Source of the DNA: Candidatus Omnitrophota bacterium
Lineage (GTDB): Bacteria > Omnitrophota > Gorgyraeia > Zapsychrales > Fredricksoniimonadaceae
NCBI GenBank assembly: GCA_903908245.1
Contig: CAIVRE010000009.1
Span: 677-64,676, forward strand
Reading direction: 5' to 3'
Length of the DNA: 64,000 bases
The position numbers were made by a program, and so were the translations under genes. Below are positions 38,683-47,819 of the stretch, piece by piece. The notes beneath the pieces were generated by a model, which was not told where the DNA came from, did not search any database, and saw only the letters and a program-made list of their open reading frames with translations. Position 1 is the first letter of the stretch, and each line of letters starts with the position of its first letter.

Positions 38683-40011
38683 TTAGAATTTATACGTCAT
38701 CGTCGCGTAAAGCAGGTTCGTCCACTGCTTGTACGTCCCGTTGTTATTGCCGCCGTTAACAGTATTATCAATATCCCGGGGCATATAATAGATCCCCGAC
38801 CAGGCAAGATCGAGAGTCAGGTCCTTGCGGATATCGTATCCAAACCCGGTCGTAATGCCGTGGCTGACAGTATCGGGAAGGTTCGGCTCCCAGTTATCCC
38901 CGGGAACAGGGCTCTGATGGTGATAGTACCCGCCGCGAACACGAAAGCGGTCGCTCACGTCATACTGGGCTCCCACTGCAGCGGAAATAACACTTTGCCA
39001 GTCACGCGCGACCGGATTGCCATTGTTAAGGACCGCCAGACGGGAAGGATCGGACTCGGACGGATACGCAAGCTCCTCCTCATTGACCACCGACCAGTTC
39101 ATCCACTCCAGGTCCGCGTTAAAAGTCCATTTGTTCGTCGGTTTAAAACTATACCCCAAGACCAAACTGTCAGGCAATGTCGCTTTGGATACCACCTCTG
39201 TCTGATAGGAAGCTCCGCCGAATATCCCCTGGTAATTACTTTCCGGGGTGCCATCGCCGTTAAGGTCCACAACATTATTTGTATTAAGGCCATCCAGATG
39301 GATCTTGCCCTTATACTTATGCTGTATAGCGCTGCGATACATCAGGCCGAATTGATTCTGATCGTTCAACTTATACAAACCGGCAATACGAAAACCGGCC
39401 GCCGTATCACTTCCTTTAAGCTTGAAATTGCCATCAAAAGCAGTGACACCGGCCGGGCCCTGCTGAAGCTTTTTCTGCTTATCAACATTCGAATCATCAA
39501 TATCAAGGCCCAACGCGAGAGAGAACTGATCATTCACTTTGTAGGCTGTCGTGATCAGATAATCCTGATTGGCGATCTCCGCCCGGGTCGTACTGTAACG
39601 CAACGAACTGGTCTGCCCCCAGTCGGTCACCAGGCCCCACGATGACATGGCCCCCAATCCCAAAGCAAAATCCTTTGTCCCCAGATCCGTTACAAAAAAA
39701 CCTTCAGGAATAAGAAAGCTGTCCCGGCCCATCTTATTCTTGATCGTCCCGGCTCCATTGACGTAATCGCTTTTAGGTTGAATGATCGAAAGCCCCAGGG
39801 AAAGATTATTCCCCTTTAACTGGGTCATACCGGCAGGATTGTAATAAACAGCCGACGGATCATTCGCTTCCCCCGTGAACGCAGACCCTTTTCCGACCGC
39901 CGCGGCATCCGGCACTTCCACCCGATACCCGCCGGAACCCGCCGCAAAGACCACAGGACAATAAAGGAATGCCAGCAAGACAGCCAAAGAAAGGAAATAA
40001 CGCTTGAACAT
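38683..40011 (-). CDS. OmpP1/FadL/TodX family outer-membrane transporter
   Basis: AVYYNPAGM hatch motif, beta-barrel pattern and terminal YKF. Sits at the end of the fatty-acid gene cluster. Confidence 0.88.
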   Translation of the reverse strand: MFKRYFLSLAVLLAFLYCPVVFAAGSGGYRVEVPDAAAVGKGSAFTGEANDPSAVYYNPAGMTQLKGNNLSLGLSIIQPKSDYVNGAGTIKNKMGRDSFLIPEGFFVTDLGTKDFALGLGAMSSWGLVTDWGQTSSLRYSTTRAEIANQDYLITTAYKVNDQFSLALGLDIDDSNVDKQKKLQQGPAGVTAFDGNFKLKGSDTAAGFRIAGLYKLNDQNQFGLMYRSAIQHKYKGKIHLDGLNTNNVVDLNGDGTPESNYQGIFGGASYQTEVVSKATLPDSLVLGYSFKPTNKWTFNADLEWMNWSVVNEEELAYPSESDPSRLAVLNNGNPVARDWQSVISAAVGAQYDVSDRFRVRGGYYHHQSPVPGDNWEPNLPDTVSHGITTGFGYDIRKDLTLDLAWSGIYYMPRDIDNTVNGGNNNGTYKQWTNLLYATMTYKF

Positions 40012-40104
40012 AGACTTCTCCCCGTTAAATGAATGATTAGTCATGATCACTAACAATCATTCTATCGTTCTAAATAAGAGGGAAAAGACTTTTTTGATTT
40101 TTTT

Positions 40105-41028
40105 TCAAACAAGAATCGCATTGATATCGTCAGGGTTTTGACAATTCAACACATTCAAGGCAGGATCGATCTTGCGGATAAGGCCCTTAAGGACCTTCCC
40201 TGGGCCGATCTCGACCAGATCAGTGATCCCCCGGGAACTGATAAAACGAATGGTATCAACCCATTGAACAGAGGAATATATCTGTCTGGCAAGGTTCTCA
40301 CGGATCTCTTCAACGGTTTCCTGGGGGTCCCCGGTCACATTCGTGATCACTTTTACATCAGACACCTTTAGGGGAACATCCTTGAGCGCAACGGCGAACT
40401 TATCGGCCGCAGGTCTCATCAACGACGAGTGAAATGCTCCGGCGACATCCAGCGGGAATATTTTCTTGCACCCGGACGCCGTCAGGACCGCACAGGCCTT
40501 TGCCACCTTGTCGGCCTGGCCGGTGATCACGATCTGGTCCGGCGCATTAAAATTGGCCACCTCACACCCGGCCTCACGGCAAATATCCACCAGTTTGTCC
40601 TTATCAAACCCGATGACCGCCGCCATCTTGCCGGGATTCAGTCTGGCCGCTTCATCCATGAAAGCCCCGCGTTTCTGAATGAGCCGAAGAGACTCTTCAA
40701 AAGACAGCACTCCCGCCGCACACATGGCCCCGTACTCCCCAAGGCTGAGCCCGGCAGTATATTCCACGTTCACACCCGCCAACCGGCCGCTCGCCCGTAA
40801 AGCTTCCAAGGCCGCCATACTCATTGTGAAAATTGCCGGCTGACAGTTGGAAGTGACCATCAGCTTTTCTTCCGGCCCCTGAAAAATAATATCCGCGAGG
40901 TCATAGCCCAGCACGTCATTGGCCTTGTCAAAAACAGCCTTTGCCGCCGGAACATTATCATAGAACTCCTTGCCCATCCCGACCTTCTGCGCGCCCTGGC
41001 CAGGAAAGATCAACGCGATATTCTTCAC
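40105..41028 (-). CDS. fabD: Malonyl-CoA:ACP transacylase
   Basis: FPGQGAQ, QPAI, GLSLGEY, GAFHS and EIGPGKVL motifs. GTG start at 41028 with RBS GGAG. Confidence 0.95.
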   Translation of the reverse strand: MKNIALIFPGQGAQKVGMGKEFYDNVPAAKAVFDKANDVLGYDLADIIFQGPEEKLMVTSNCQPAIFTMSMAALEALRASGRLAGVNVEYTAGLSLGEYGAMCAAGVLSFEESLRLIQKRGAFMDEAARLNPGKMAAVIGFDKDKLVDICREAGCEVANFNAPDQIVITGQADKVAKACAVLTASGCKKIFPLDVAGAFHSSLMRPAADKFAVALKDVPLKVSDVKVITNVTGDPQETVEEIRENLARQIYSSVQWVDTIRFISSRGITDLVEIGPGKVLKGLIRKIDPALNVLNCQNPDDINAILV

Positions 41029-41029
41029 T

Positions 41030-42013
41030 TTAATAGCTCCATTCAATAATATTCGCCGCAGCCACAAGGCCTGCACCGAACACGACAAGAGCGACGTTAT
41101 CACCCTTCCTGATACGGCCGGATTCAACAGCTTCACAAAGAGCGACCACCACTGACGCGGCGGAAATATTGCCGTATTTATCAATATTGATAAAGAACCT
41201 TTCCTTATCTATGCCCGCCCGTTTGGCAACACTGGCAATGATACGGTCATTGGCCTGATGAGGGACAACACACTTGATATCGTCAAGCAAAAGCCCCGCC
41301 CTCTGCGCCGCAATACCCACAGCCTCAGCCATGCCAGGGACCGCATGCTTGAACAGTTCCTGCCCGTTCATGACAACAAAAGGAAGCTTGGAAGAATCCA
41401 ACGCCTGATCGAACGGTGTCCGCGTCTTGTCCGAAATAACACCCATCAAAGAAGCCCCGTCACCGTCGGATATCATATATTCAGACAGGATCCCGCCTTG
41501 GGCAACTTTTCCCAACACCGCCGCACCGGCCCCATCCCCGAAAAGCACGCAGGTATTCCGGTCTTTCCAGTCGATAATGCTCGTAAAACGGTCGGCCGCA
41601 ATGACCAGTGCGTTCTTGGCCTGTCCAGTGGCGATGAACTGCTTGGCAGTGGTCAACGCGTAAAGGAAGCCGGAACACGCGGCGCTGATGTCATAGGCAA
41701 AAGCCTTCTTCGCGCCAATGGCTTTCTGCACCAGGCAAGCAACGGACGGAAAATTACTGTCGGGCGTGACAGTGGCCACAAAGATCGCTTCAATATCTTC
41801 GGCTTTGACAGGTGAATTCCTGAGCGCATCCAGGGCGGCCGCGACCGCAAGGTCGCTCGTCTTCTCGCCTTCAGCGGCGATCCGGCGCTCCCGGATCCCG
41901 GTCCGCGAGATGATCCACTCGTCTGTGGTTTCCACCAGTTTCTCGATATCCTGATTCGTGAGCGTCCTGAGCGGAAGATAACGGCCCAGCGCAATGATTC
42001 CGACTTTATTCAT
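41030..42013 (-). CDS. fabH: 3-oxoacyl-ACP synthase III
   Basis: WIISRTGI, AACSGF, LFGDGAGA, PHQAN and YGN motifs. Confidence 0.95.
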   Translation of the reverse strand: MNKVGIIALGRYLPLRTLTNQDIEKLVETTDEWIISRTGIRERRIAAEGEKTSDLAVAAALDALRNSPVKAEDIEAIFVATVTPDSNFPSVACLVQKAIGAKKAFAYDISAACSGFLYALTTAKQFIATGQAKNALVIAADRFTSIIDWKDRNTCVLFGDGAGAAVLGKVAQGGILSEYMISDGDGASLMGVISDKTRTPFDQALDSSKLPFVVMNGQELFKHAVPGMAEAVGIAAQRAGLLLDDIKCVVPHQANDRIIASVAKRAGIDKERFFINIDKYGNISAASVVVALCEAVESGRIRKGDNVALVVFGAGLVAAANIIEWSY

Positions 42014-42993
42014 TTGAGGGATGCCTTGATCTGGTCGAGGATATTATGGTCCACCTCGCGCATGGTCGCGCGGATAGCATTCTTGATCGCTTTCGGGGAT
42101 GAGCGCCCGTGACATTTCATCACGATACCATTCACGCCCAGCAAAGGGGCCCCGCCGTATTCTGAATAATCAACATTCTTCTTAAGGGTCTTCAAAGACC
42201 CCTTCATCAGCAAAGCGCCAAGCATGGCCAGAGGATTTCTCTTGATCTCCCGCTTGAGCACGATACCCGCAGACTCCATCAATCCTTCAGACAATTTAAT
42301 GATCACATTACCAACAAATCCGGAACAGATGATACAATCGGCTTTATTGGAAAAGATCTTGTTCGGCTCGATATTCCCGAGGAATCCGGGGACTTTTGCT
42401 TTCAGCAGATCGTAAGACTGTTTGTCAAAACCCGACCCCTTGCCCTCTTCCTCGCCAATATTGACCAGCCCGACCGTCGGATCCTCAATCCCCATCACAA
42501 TGCGCATATAAGCCCGCGCCATAAGGCCATACTGGCAAAGATGCTCAGGCTTCGGTTCGGAATTCGCGCCGACATCGATCAAAAAAGCCATCCCGTTGAC
42601 CTGGGGGATCACAAGGCCTATCCCGGGACGGTCAACCCCCTCGATCATCCGAAGATAGAAAGTGGATGCGGCGACCAGCGCCCCGGTATTCCCGGCAGAA
42701 ACAAAAGCGTCATAGCCTCCGCTCTTGAGAAGATTAACCCCGACGGCAATGGAACAGTCCTTCTTGCGACGGATAACATCGAGCGGATTATCATCCATGT
42801 CCACTACTTCGGAAGCGTGAACGACCTCAACCCTGTCCTTAGGATAAGAATACTTGGCAAGCTCCGCCCTGACCCTGTCTTCAATACCAACCAGGGTTAT
42901 CGAGATAGAAAGCTCTTTGACAGCGTCAACGACACCAGCCACGATATTGGCCGGAGCATGATCACCGCCCATGGCGTCAACAACGATCTTCAT
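42010..42993 (-). CDS. plsX: Phosphate acyltransferase
   Basis: VDAMGGDHAP, SAGNTGA, DVGAN, GGAPLLGV and HGRSS motifs. Confidence 0.96.
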   Translation of the reverse strand: MKIVVDAMGGDHAPANIVAGVVDAVKELSISITLVGIEDRVRAELAKYSYPKDRVEVVHASEVVDMDDNPLDVIRRKKDCSIAVGVNLLKSGGYDAFVSAGNTGALVAASTFYLRMIEGVDRPGIGLVIPQVNGMAFLIDVGANSEPKPEHLCQYGLMARAYMRIVMGIEDPTVGLVNIGEEEGKGSGFDKQSYDLLKAKVPGFLGNIEPNKIFSNKADCIICSGFVGNVIIKLSEGLMESAGIVLKREIKRNPLAMLGALLMKGSLKTLKKNVDYSEYGGAPLLGVNGIVMKCHGRSSPKAIKNAIRATMREVDHNILDQIKASLK

Positions 42994-43016
42994 GCGAAAA
43001 ATAACCTGCCGTTAAA

Positions 43017-43208
43017 TTACGCGCTCTTCTTAACCTTGGGCGCCACGACCTGCCTGCCTTTATAACAGCCGGTGATCGGACAAATACGATGAGAGATCCC
43101 CGCCTTGCTGCCTTCGCTCTTCGTGCTGGCCGTTGTGATCACCAGCTTCTGATGCGTACGGCGCCTGCGCGCGCGGGCCTTGGAATGTTGTCTTTTTGGA
43201 TTTGGCAT
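43017..43208 (-). CDS. rpmF: 50S ribosomal protein L32
   Basis: MPNPKRQHSKAR..RRR and HRICP..G.YKGRQV, in the canonical yceD-rpmF-plsX order. Confidence 0.92.
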   Translation of the reverse strand: MPNPKRQHSKARARRRRTHQKLVITTASTKSEGSKAGISHRICPITGCYKGRQVVAPKVKKSA

Positions 43209-43223
43209 TTCACTTACTCCCTT

Positions 43224-43634
43224 TTACAGTTTATCTTTTTCACACTTGCATTCTTCTTTGTTCAATTCCGCGCCGCAACCGGCGCAGATCCCTTTACAAT
43301 CTTTCCTGCACAAAGCATGCGACTGATGATCTATCAGTATTTCTTCGCGGATAGCCCGGCCGATATCCACATATTCATCCAGCGGCCCGAACTCAAATTC
43401 CAGCTCGTAATGCGCCATATGATCACTATGGATATTCTCCAAACAACGCGAACAGCAAATATCCCGCGAAAAGAAAACATCGAGCGTCGCGAGAATGTAA
43501 TCATCGATCCGCGTCAATACTCCCTTGACCCGCACGGGGCACTGGAATTCATCGGCAATGTCCAGGTCCTTAGGCGTTGCCTGGTCCTGATACTCCGTTC
43601 CGGAGCTTGAGACATCGCGGATCCTGACCTTCAT
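43224..43634 (-). CDS. YceD/DUF177 family protein
   Basis: CSRCL and LCRKDCKGICAGCG motifs, upstream of rpmF. Confidence 0.88.
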   Translation of the reverse strand: MKVRIRDVSSSGTEYQDQATPKDLDIADEFQCPVRVKGVLTRIDDYILATLDVFFSRDICCSRCLENIHSDHMAHYELEFEFGPLDEYVDIGRAIREEILIDHQSHALCRKDCKGICAGCGAELNKEECKCEKDKL

Positions 43635-44113
43635 TCTTTAAAAGAGCCCTTCATCTTTTTAACAACACATGGAGGAACAAAAGGAGACAACTTGGCACCG
43701 AATTTTGCCACTTCCTTAAGAAGCGAGGACGAAAGGAACGAAAACCCTTCCGATGGCATCAGGAACACCGTTTCAATATCTTCCGCCAGGCGGCGATTCG
43801 TTTCCGCCATCTGGAATTCATATTCAAAATCCGCGGTCATACGCAAGCCCCTCACAAGAACGCCAGCCTTCCTGCGCCGCGCAAGGTCAACGACCAGACC
43901 GTCAAACCCCTCCACCATGATCCCCTTCATCCCTTTGGTGGCCTCCCTGACCATCGCCACCCGATCCTCAAGGGAGAACATATACTTCTTGTTCGGGTTG
44001 TTGGCAACGGCCACTACAACCTTGCCGAAAATGAACGCGGCCCGCTTCATCACATCCAGATGCCCGTAAGTCACAGGGTCGAAACTGCCGGGATAGATCG
44101 CGTTGCGCGCCAT
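43631..44113 (-). CDS. coaD: Phosphopantetheine adenylyltransferase
   Basis: YPGSFDPVTYGH, RGLR...DFEYE and SSS motifs. Confidence 0.96.
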   Translation of the reverse strand: MARNAIYPGSFDPVTYGHLDVMKRAAFIFGKVVVAVANNPNKKYMFSLEDRVAMVREATKGMKGIMVEGFDGLVVDLARRRKAGVLVRGLRMTADFEYEFQMAETNRRLAEDIETVFLMPSEGFSFLSSSLLKEVAKFGAKLSPFVPPCVVKKMKGSFKE

Positions 44114-44114
44114 A

Positions 44115-44702
44115 TCAAATGCCTTCTTTTGCCTGCCGCTCAAATACCGTTAGATGCGATGACCCGTAAATTTTGTCCCTAACAAGCAGAAATCTGCCTG
44201 CTATCTCCACAACACCGTCGAGTTCAGGCAGAGTTTCGTCATTGCCATACTGTGCAACCAGGAACGAATTGGGGTGTAATATATCATGCGACATCAGCGT
44301 TTTCAAGGTTTTTCTCCCCAGTCTCATATCAAAAGGCGGGTCAAAAAAGACCACATGGAATTTACGCCCCTGACGGGCCATCTCCTTGACCGATGAAAAC
44401 ACATCTTTGACAATAAGGCTGGCCTTCTGGCCCCGTTCCCCCGGCTTAATGATCATCAGATTCTCTTCGATACACTCAACGCATTTCGAATCACGTTCAA
44501 CCATGCAAACCTCTGAAGCCCCACAAGATAAAGCTTCAAACCCCATGGCACCGCTTCCCGAAAAAAGGTCCAGGAAAGAAAGGCCGTCCAGGTCATGGCC
44601 GATGATATCAAATACCGCCTTGCGCAGAAGATTCTGCGTTGGCCTGATATGCGCAGGCATAAAAATATTACGGCCCGAATCTTTACCGTTAATGATCTTC
44701 AT
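44115..44702 (-). CDS. rsmD: 16S rRNA m2G966 methyltransferase
   Basis: IRPT, LDLFSGSGAMGFEALS and DPPF motifs, upstream of coaD. Confidence 0.9.
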   Translation of the reverse strand: MKIINGKDSGRNIFMPAHIRPTQNLLRKAVFDIIGHDLDGLSFLDLFSGSGAMGFEALSCGASEVCMVERDSKCVECIEENLMIIKPGERGQKASLIVKDVFSSVKEMARQGRKFHVVFFDPPFDMRLGRKTLKTLMSHDILHPNSFLVAQYGNDETLPELDGVVEIAGRFLLVRDKIYGSSHLTVFERQAKEGI

Positions 44703-45718
44703 GATCGACCGTTCTTTTCTGTATAAATAATGATCTTGTTCATCATATCCACACACGCGGACGGGTTCACCCCCACTGCGGTCTCCCCGGAAAGCATCAC
44801 ATAATCCGTGCCATCCAGGATGGCATTGGCCACATCCGTCACTTCCGCACGGGTCGGAAGACGTTCTTCTGTCATTCTTTCCAGCATTTGAGTCGCTGTA
44901 ATGACCGGCTTGTGCACATCATTGCATTTACGGATGATCGCTTTCTGGATCATGGGCACTTCCCAGATAGGCAGAGACACCCCCATGTCGCCACGGGCGA
45001 TCATAATACCATCGCTCACACTGAGAATAGGATCAATATTACGAACGCCTTCCCGATCTTCGATCTTAGCAATGACCTGCGGCGTGTGATCATGGGACTT
45101 AATATGAGCTTTAAGCGCAAGGATATCGGCTTTATTACGCACAAAAGACTGGGCGATAAGGTCCACCTGATGCTCCAGGCAAAACGCCAGGTTAATGCGG
45201 TCTTTTTCAGTAATGCCTTTAAAACTTAATTTGGCATCGGGGATATTCACACCCTTATGCTCTTTAATGACCCCTCCAATAACGACCCGCACCTTGAGCA
45301 TCTTCTTCTCGATCCCTTCAGCCTCAAAGGCGATCGTTCCATCATCAACATAAACCGGCTGGCCGTTCTTGATATCCTTCAAAGGGCCATCATAATCGAA
45401 CGGGATAACACTCCCGCCGATAGCCTCCTTGTCCGGCGCAAGCCAGACCCTCTGCCCTTTCCTGACCTCGACCGGCGCGTGATCCTTAAGCGTGCCGATA
45501 CGGATACGATAACCCTCAAGGTCCCCCAGGATACGGATATGCCGGTGATACTTCCTGTTCAACTGGCGGACAAGATGAATACGCTCCAGATGCTCATCGA
45601 GGCTTCCATGAGAAAAATTCAAACGCACCACATCCATACCCGCGCGCATCATTTTAAGCAGCATCGTTGAACTCGACGACGCAGGGCCTAATGTGCAAAT
45701 GATCTTTGTCTTTGGCAT
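44699..45718 (-). CDS. pyk: Pyruvate kinase, short form lacking the C-terminal regulatory domain
   Basis: TKIICTLGPAS, RLNFSHG, AKIE, ARGDMG, TATQML and MLSGETA motifs. Confidence 0.93.
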   Translation of the reverse strand: MPKTKIICTLGPASSSSTMLLKMMRAGMDVVRLNFSHGSLDEHLERIHLVRQLNRKYHRHIRILGDLEGYRIRIGTLKDHAPVEVRKGQRVWLAPDKEAIGGSVIPFDYDGPLKDIKNGQPVYVDDGTIAFEAEGIEKKMLKVRVVIGGVIKEHKGVNIPDAKLSFKGITEKDRINLAFCLEHQVDLIAQSFVRNKADILALKAHIKSHDHTPQVIAKIEDREGVRNIDPILSVSDGIMIARGDMGVSLPIWEVPMIQKAIIRKCNDVHKPVITATQMLERMTEERLPTRAEVTDVANAILDGTDYVMLSGETAVGVNPSACVDMMNKIIIYTEKNGRS

Positions 45719-45743
45719 ATTCAAACCTCTTGTATTTTTTATC

Positions 45744-47819
45744 TTACCCGGCCAGGACTCTTTTCAAATATTCCGGATAACGCTTGCGAATAGTCCCCCT
45801 GACCAATGAATGGGCCTTTAAAGCCGGGTCAGCCTTCACCAATTCAACAGCCTCTTTGCGCGCGGCTTCAAGCACATCGATCTGCGTTAAAGGGTTCACA
45901 ACGCGCAACTCATTGATCCCGTGTTGATGGCGGCCGAAATACTGCCCGGGCCCGCGGATCTCAAGGTCATTCTGGGCGATCGTAAAACCGTTCGTGGTCT
46001 GAATGATCGCCTCCAGGCGCCGCCGCCCCTCATCACTGGCAGGATCGCCAAGTAAAATACACACCGCGCTCTTTTCACTACGCCCGATACGCCCGCGCAG
46101 CTGGTGCAATTGCGCCAACCCGAACCGGTCGGCATTCTCGATGACCATCACATTCGCATTAGGCACATCGATCCCCACTTCCAAAACTGTCGTCGTCACC
46201 AGAACATCGATCTCATGACGCTTGAACCGTTCCATCACCTCGCGAGCCTGCCCCTTCGGCAGGCGCCCGTGAACCAGCCCCACTTGAAAATCCTTGAGAT
46301 CGTCCTTCCTGAAGCGCTCATACATATCCGTCGCGGCTTTAAGGTCCGCCTTCTCATTCTCTTCAATAACAGGATAAACAATATACGCTTGCGTCCCTTT
46401 CTTCAGCCACTCGGCCACACGCTTGTAAACGCCTTCAGCCTGCGCGCCGGTAAAATGATAGGTCTTGATCGCGCCACGCCCTTCAGGCTTTTCATCGATC
46501 ACCGACACATCCAGGTCGCCGTAAAGGGTCAGGCAAAGCGTCCGCGGGATAGGGGTCGCTGTCATCACCAGCACATCGGGATTCTCCCCCTTAGATGATA
46601 ACAGCGCGCGCTGTTTAACGCCAAACTTATGCTGTTCATCCACCGCAACAAAACTCAGATCCCTGAACTCCACCCCTTCTTCCAGCAAGGCGTGCGTTCC
46701 AATAACCACATCCACCTCACCGGCCTTGATACGGGCATAAAGGGCCTCTTTATCTTTCTTCTTGAGTGCGCTGTTAAGCAACGCCACCCTGACCTCGCCA
46801 AAAGGGCCTTCGGAAAAATACTGCGTGAACGTGACAAAATGCTGTTCCGCCAATATCTCTGTCGGGCACATCAGCGCGGCCTGATGGCCATTGGTGACCG
46901 CGGCCAAACACCCGAAGAACGAGACCACGGTCTTGCCCGAACCGACATCCCCCTGCAAAAGACGAAGCATGGGAGTCTTCTTTTGCATATCCTGCGCAAT
47001 TTCAGCAATGGCCCGCCCCTGGGCTGCGGTCAGGCAAAACGGAAAAGCCCGCAGGAACCGTTCATGGAATTCTTTGGGGATAAAGTGCGCAAAGCCTCTC
47101 TTCTTAAGAAAGCTCAAGCGCCTGAGGATCACCGAAACCTGAAATAAAAAAAACTCGTCAAAACACAACCGGTGATCGGCCGACTCCTGTGCCTTTTCAT
47201 CATCAGGGAAATGCACCTGACGAAGACTCTTCCCGACAGGCCAAAGGGCCTGACGTTCACGCACCGCGGCAGGGATCACATCTGCCAGGTCACCCGCATA
47301 ATGCTCCAACGCATACCACATCACCTTGCGCAGATACCGCTGGCCTATGCCCTTGGTCAACGGATATACCGGCACGATCCTTCCAGTCGACAACGTCTCA
47401 TCCCCGTCGGTAATGATCTCATACTCGGGGCTCACGATCTGGATCTTGCTGTTAAAGACCTCGACACGTCCGTAAACCACGACTTTATCACCCGGATGAA
47501 AATAATTGGCCAGATAAGGCTGATTGAACCAGGTACAAAACACCTTGGCATCATCATCCTCCAGGATGATCTCGAAGAGGTGCTTCCTGTTAAAGAACGA
47601 CCGCCGGCCTCCCTTGGCCGACACAAAACCCGCGGCCACCTGCATTTCACCGGGTTTTAACGCGCTGATAGGGGTGATCTTGCGTCTGTCCTCATAACGC
47701 CGGGGAAAAAAATATAACAAGTCCTCGATACTGTGAACACCCAGATTCCCGAACAGCTTCTTTCGAGCCGGGCCGACTCCTTTTAAGAACTGAACAGAGG
47801 TCTCATCCAATGCAGGCAT
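45744..47819 (-). CDS. recG: ATP-dependent DNA helicase RecG
   Basis: QGDVGSGKT, DEQH, TATPIPRT and QLRGRIGR motifs, with an OB/wedge domain. Confidence 0.97.
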   Translation of the reverse strand: MPALDETSVQFLKGVGPARKKLFGNLGVHSIEDLLYFFPRRYEDRRKITPISALKPGEMQVAAGFVSAKGGRRSFFNRKHLFEIILEDDDAKVFCTWFNQPYLANYFHPGDKVVVYGRVEVFNSKIQIVSPEYEIITDGDETLSTGRIVPVYPLTKGIGQRYLRKVMWYALEHYAGDLADVIPAAVRERQALWPVGKSLRQVHFPDDEKAQESADHRLCFDEFFLFQVSVILRRLSFLKKRGFAHFIPKEFHERFLRAFPFCLTAAQGRAIAEIAQDMQKKTPMLRLLQGDVGSGKTVVSFFGCLAAVTNGHQAALMCPTEILAEQHFVTFTQYFSEGPFGEVRVALLNSALKKKDKEALYARIKAGEVDVVIGTHALLEEGVEFRDLSFVAVDEQHKFGVKQRALLSSKGENPDVLVMTATPIPRTLCLTLYGDLDVSVIDEKPEGRGAIKTYHFTGAQAEGVYKRVAEWLKKGTQAYIVYPVIEENEKADLKAATDMYERFRKDDLKDFQVGLVHGRLPKGQAREVMERFKRHEIDVLVTTTVLEVGIDVPNANVMVIENADRFGLAQLHQLRGRIGRSEKSAVCILLGDPASDEGRRRLEAIIQTTNGFTIAQNDLEIRGPGQYFGRHQHGINELRVVNPLTQIDVLEAARKEAVELVKADPALKAHSLVRGTIRKRYPEYLKRVLAG

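Noticed and set aside
34433-39645. Plus-strand ORFs of about 320 aa (34433-35389, 36283-37239, 38674-39645)
   Set aside because: They lie antisense to well-supported moxR, HD-GYP/response regulator and fadL-like genes.
41029-41184. N-terminal extensions in the ORF track for fabD (also DUF58, batD, rsmD, coaD)
   Set aside because: They overlap upstream genes. Downstream starts match the family N-termini.
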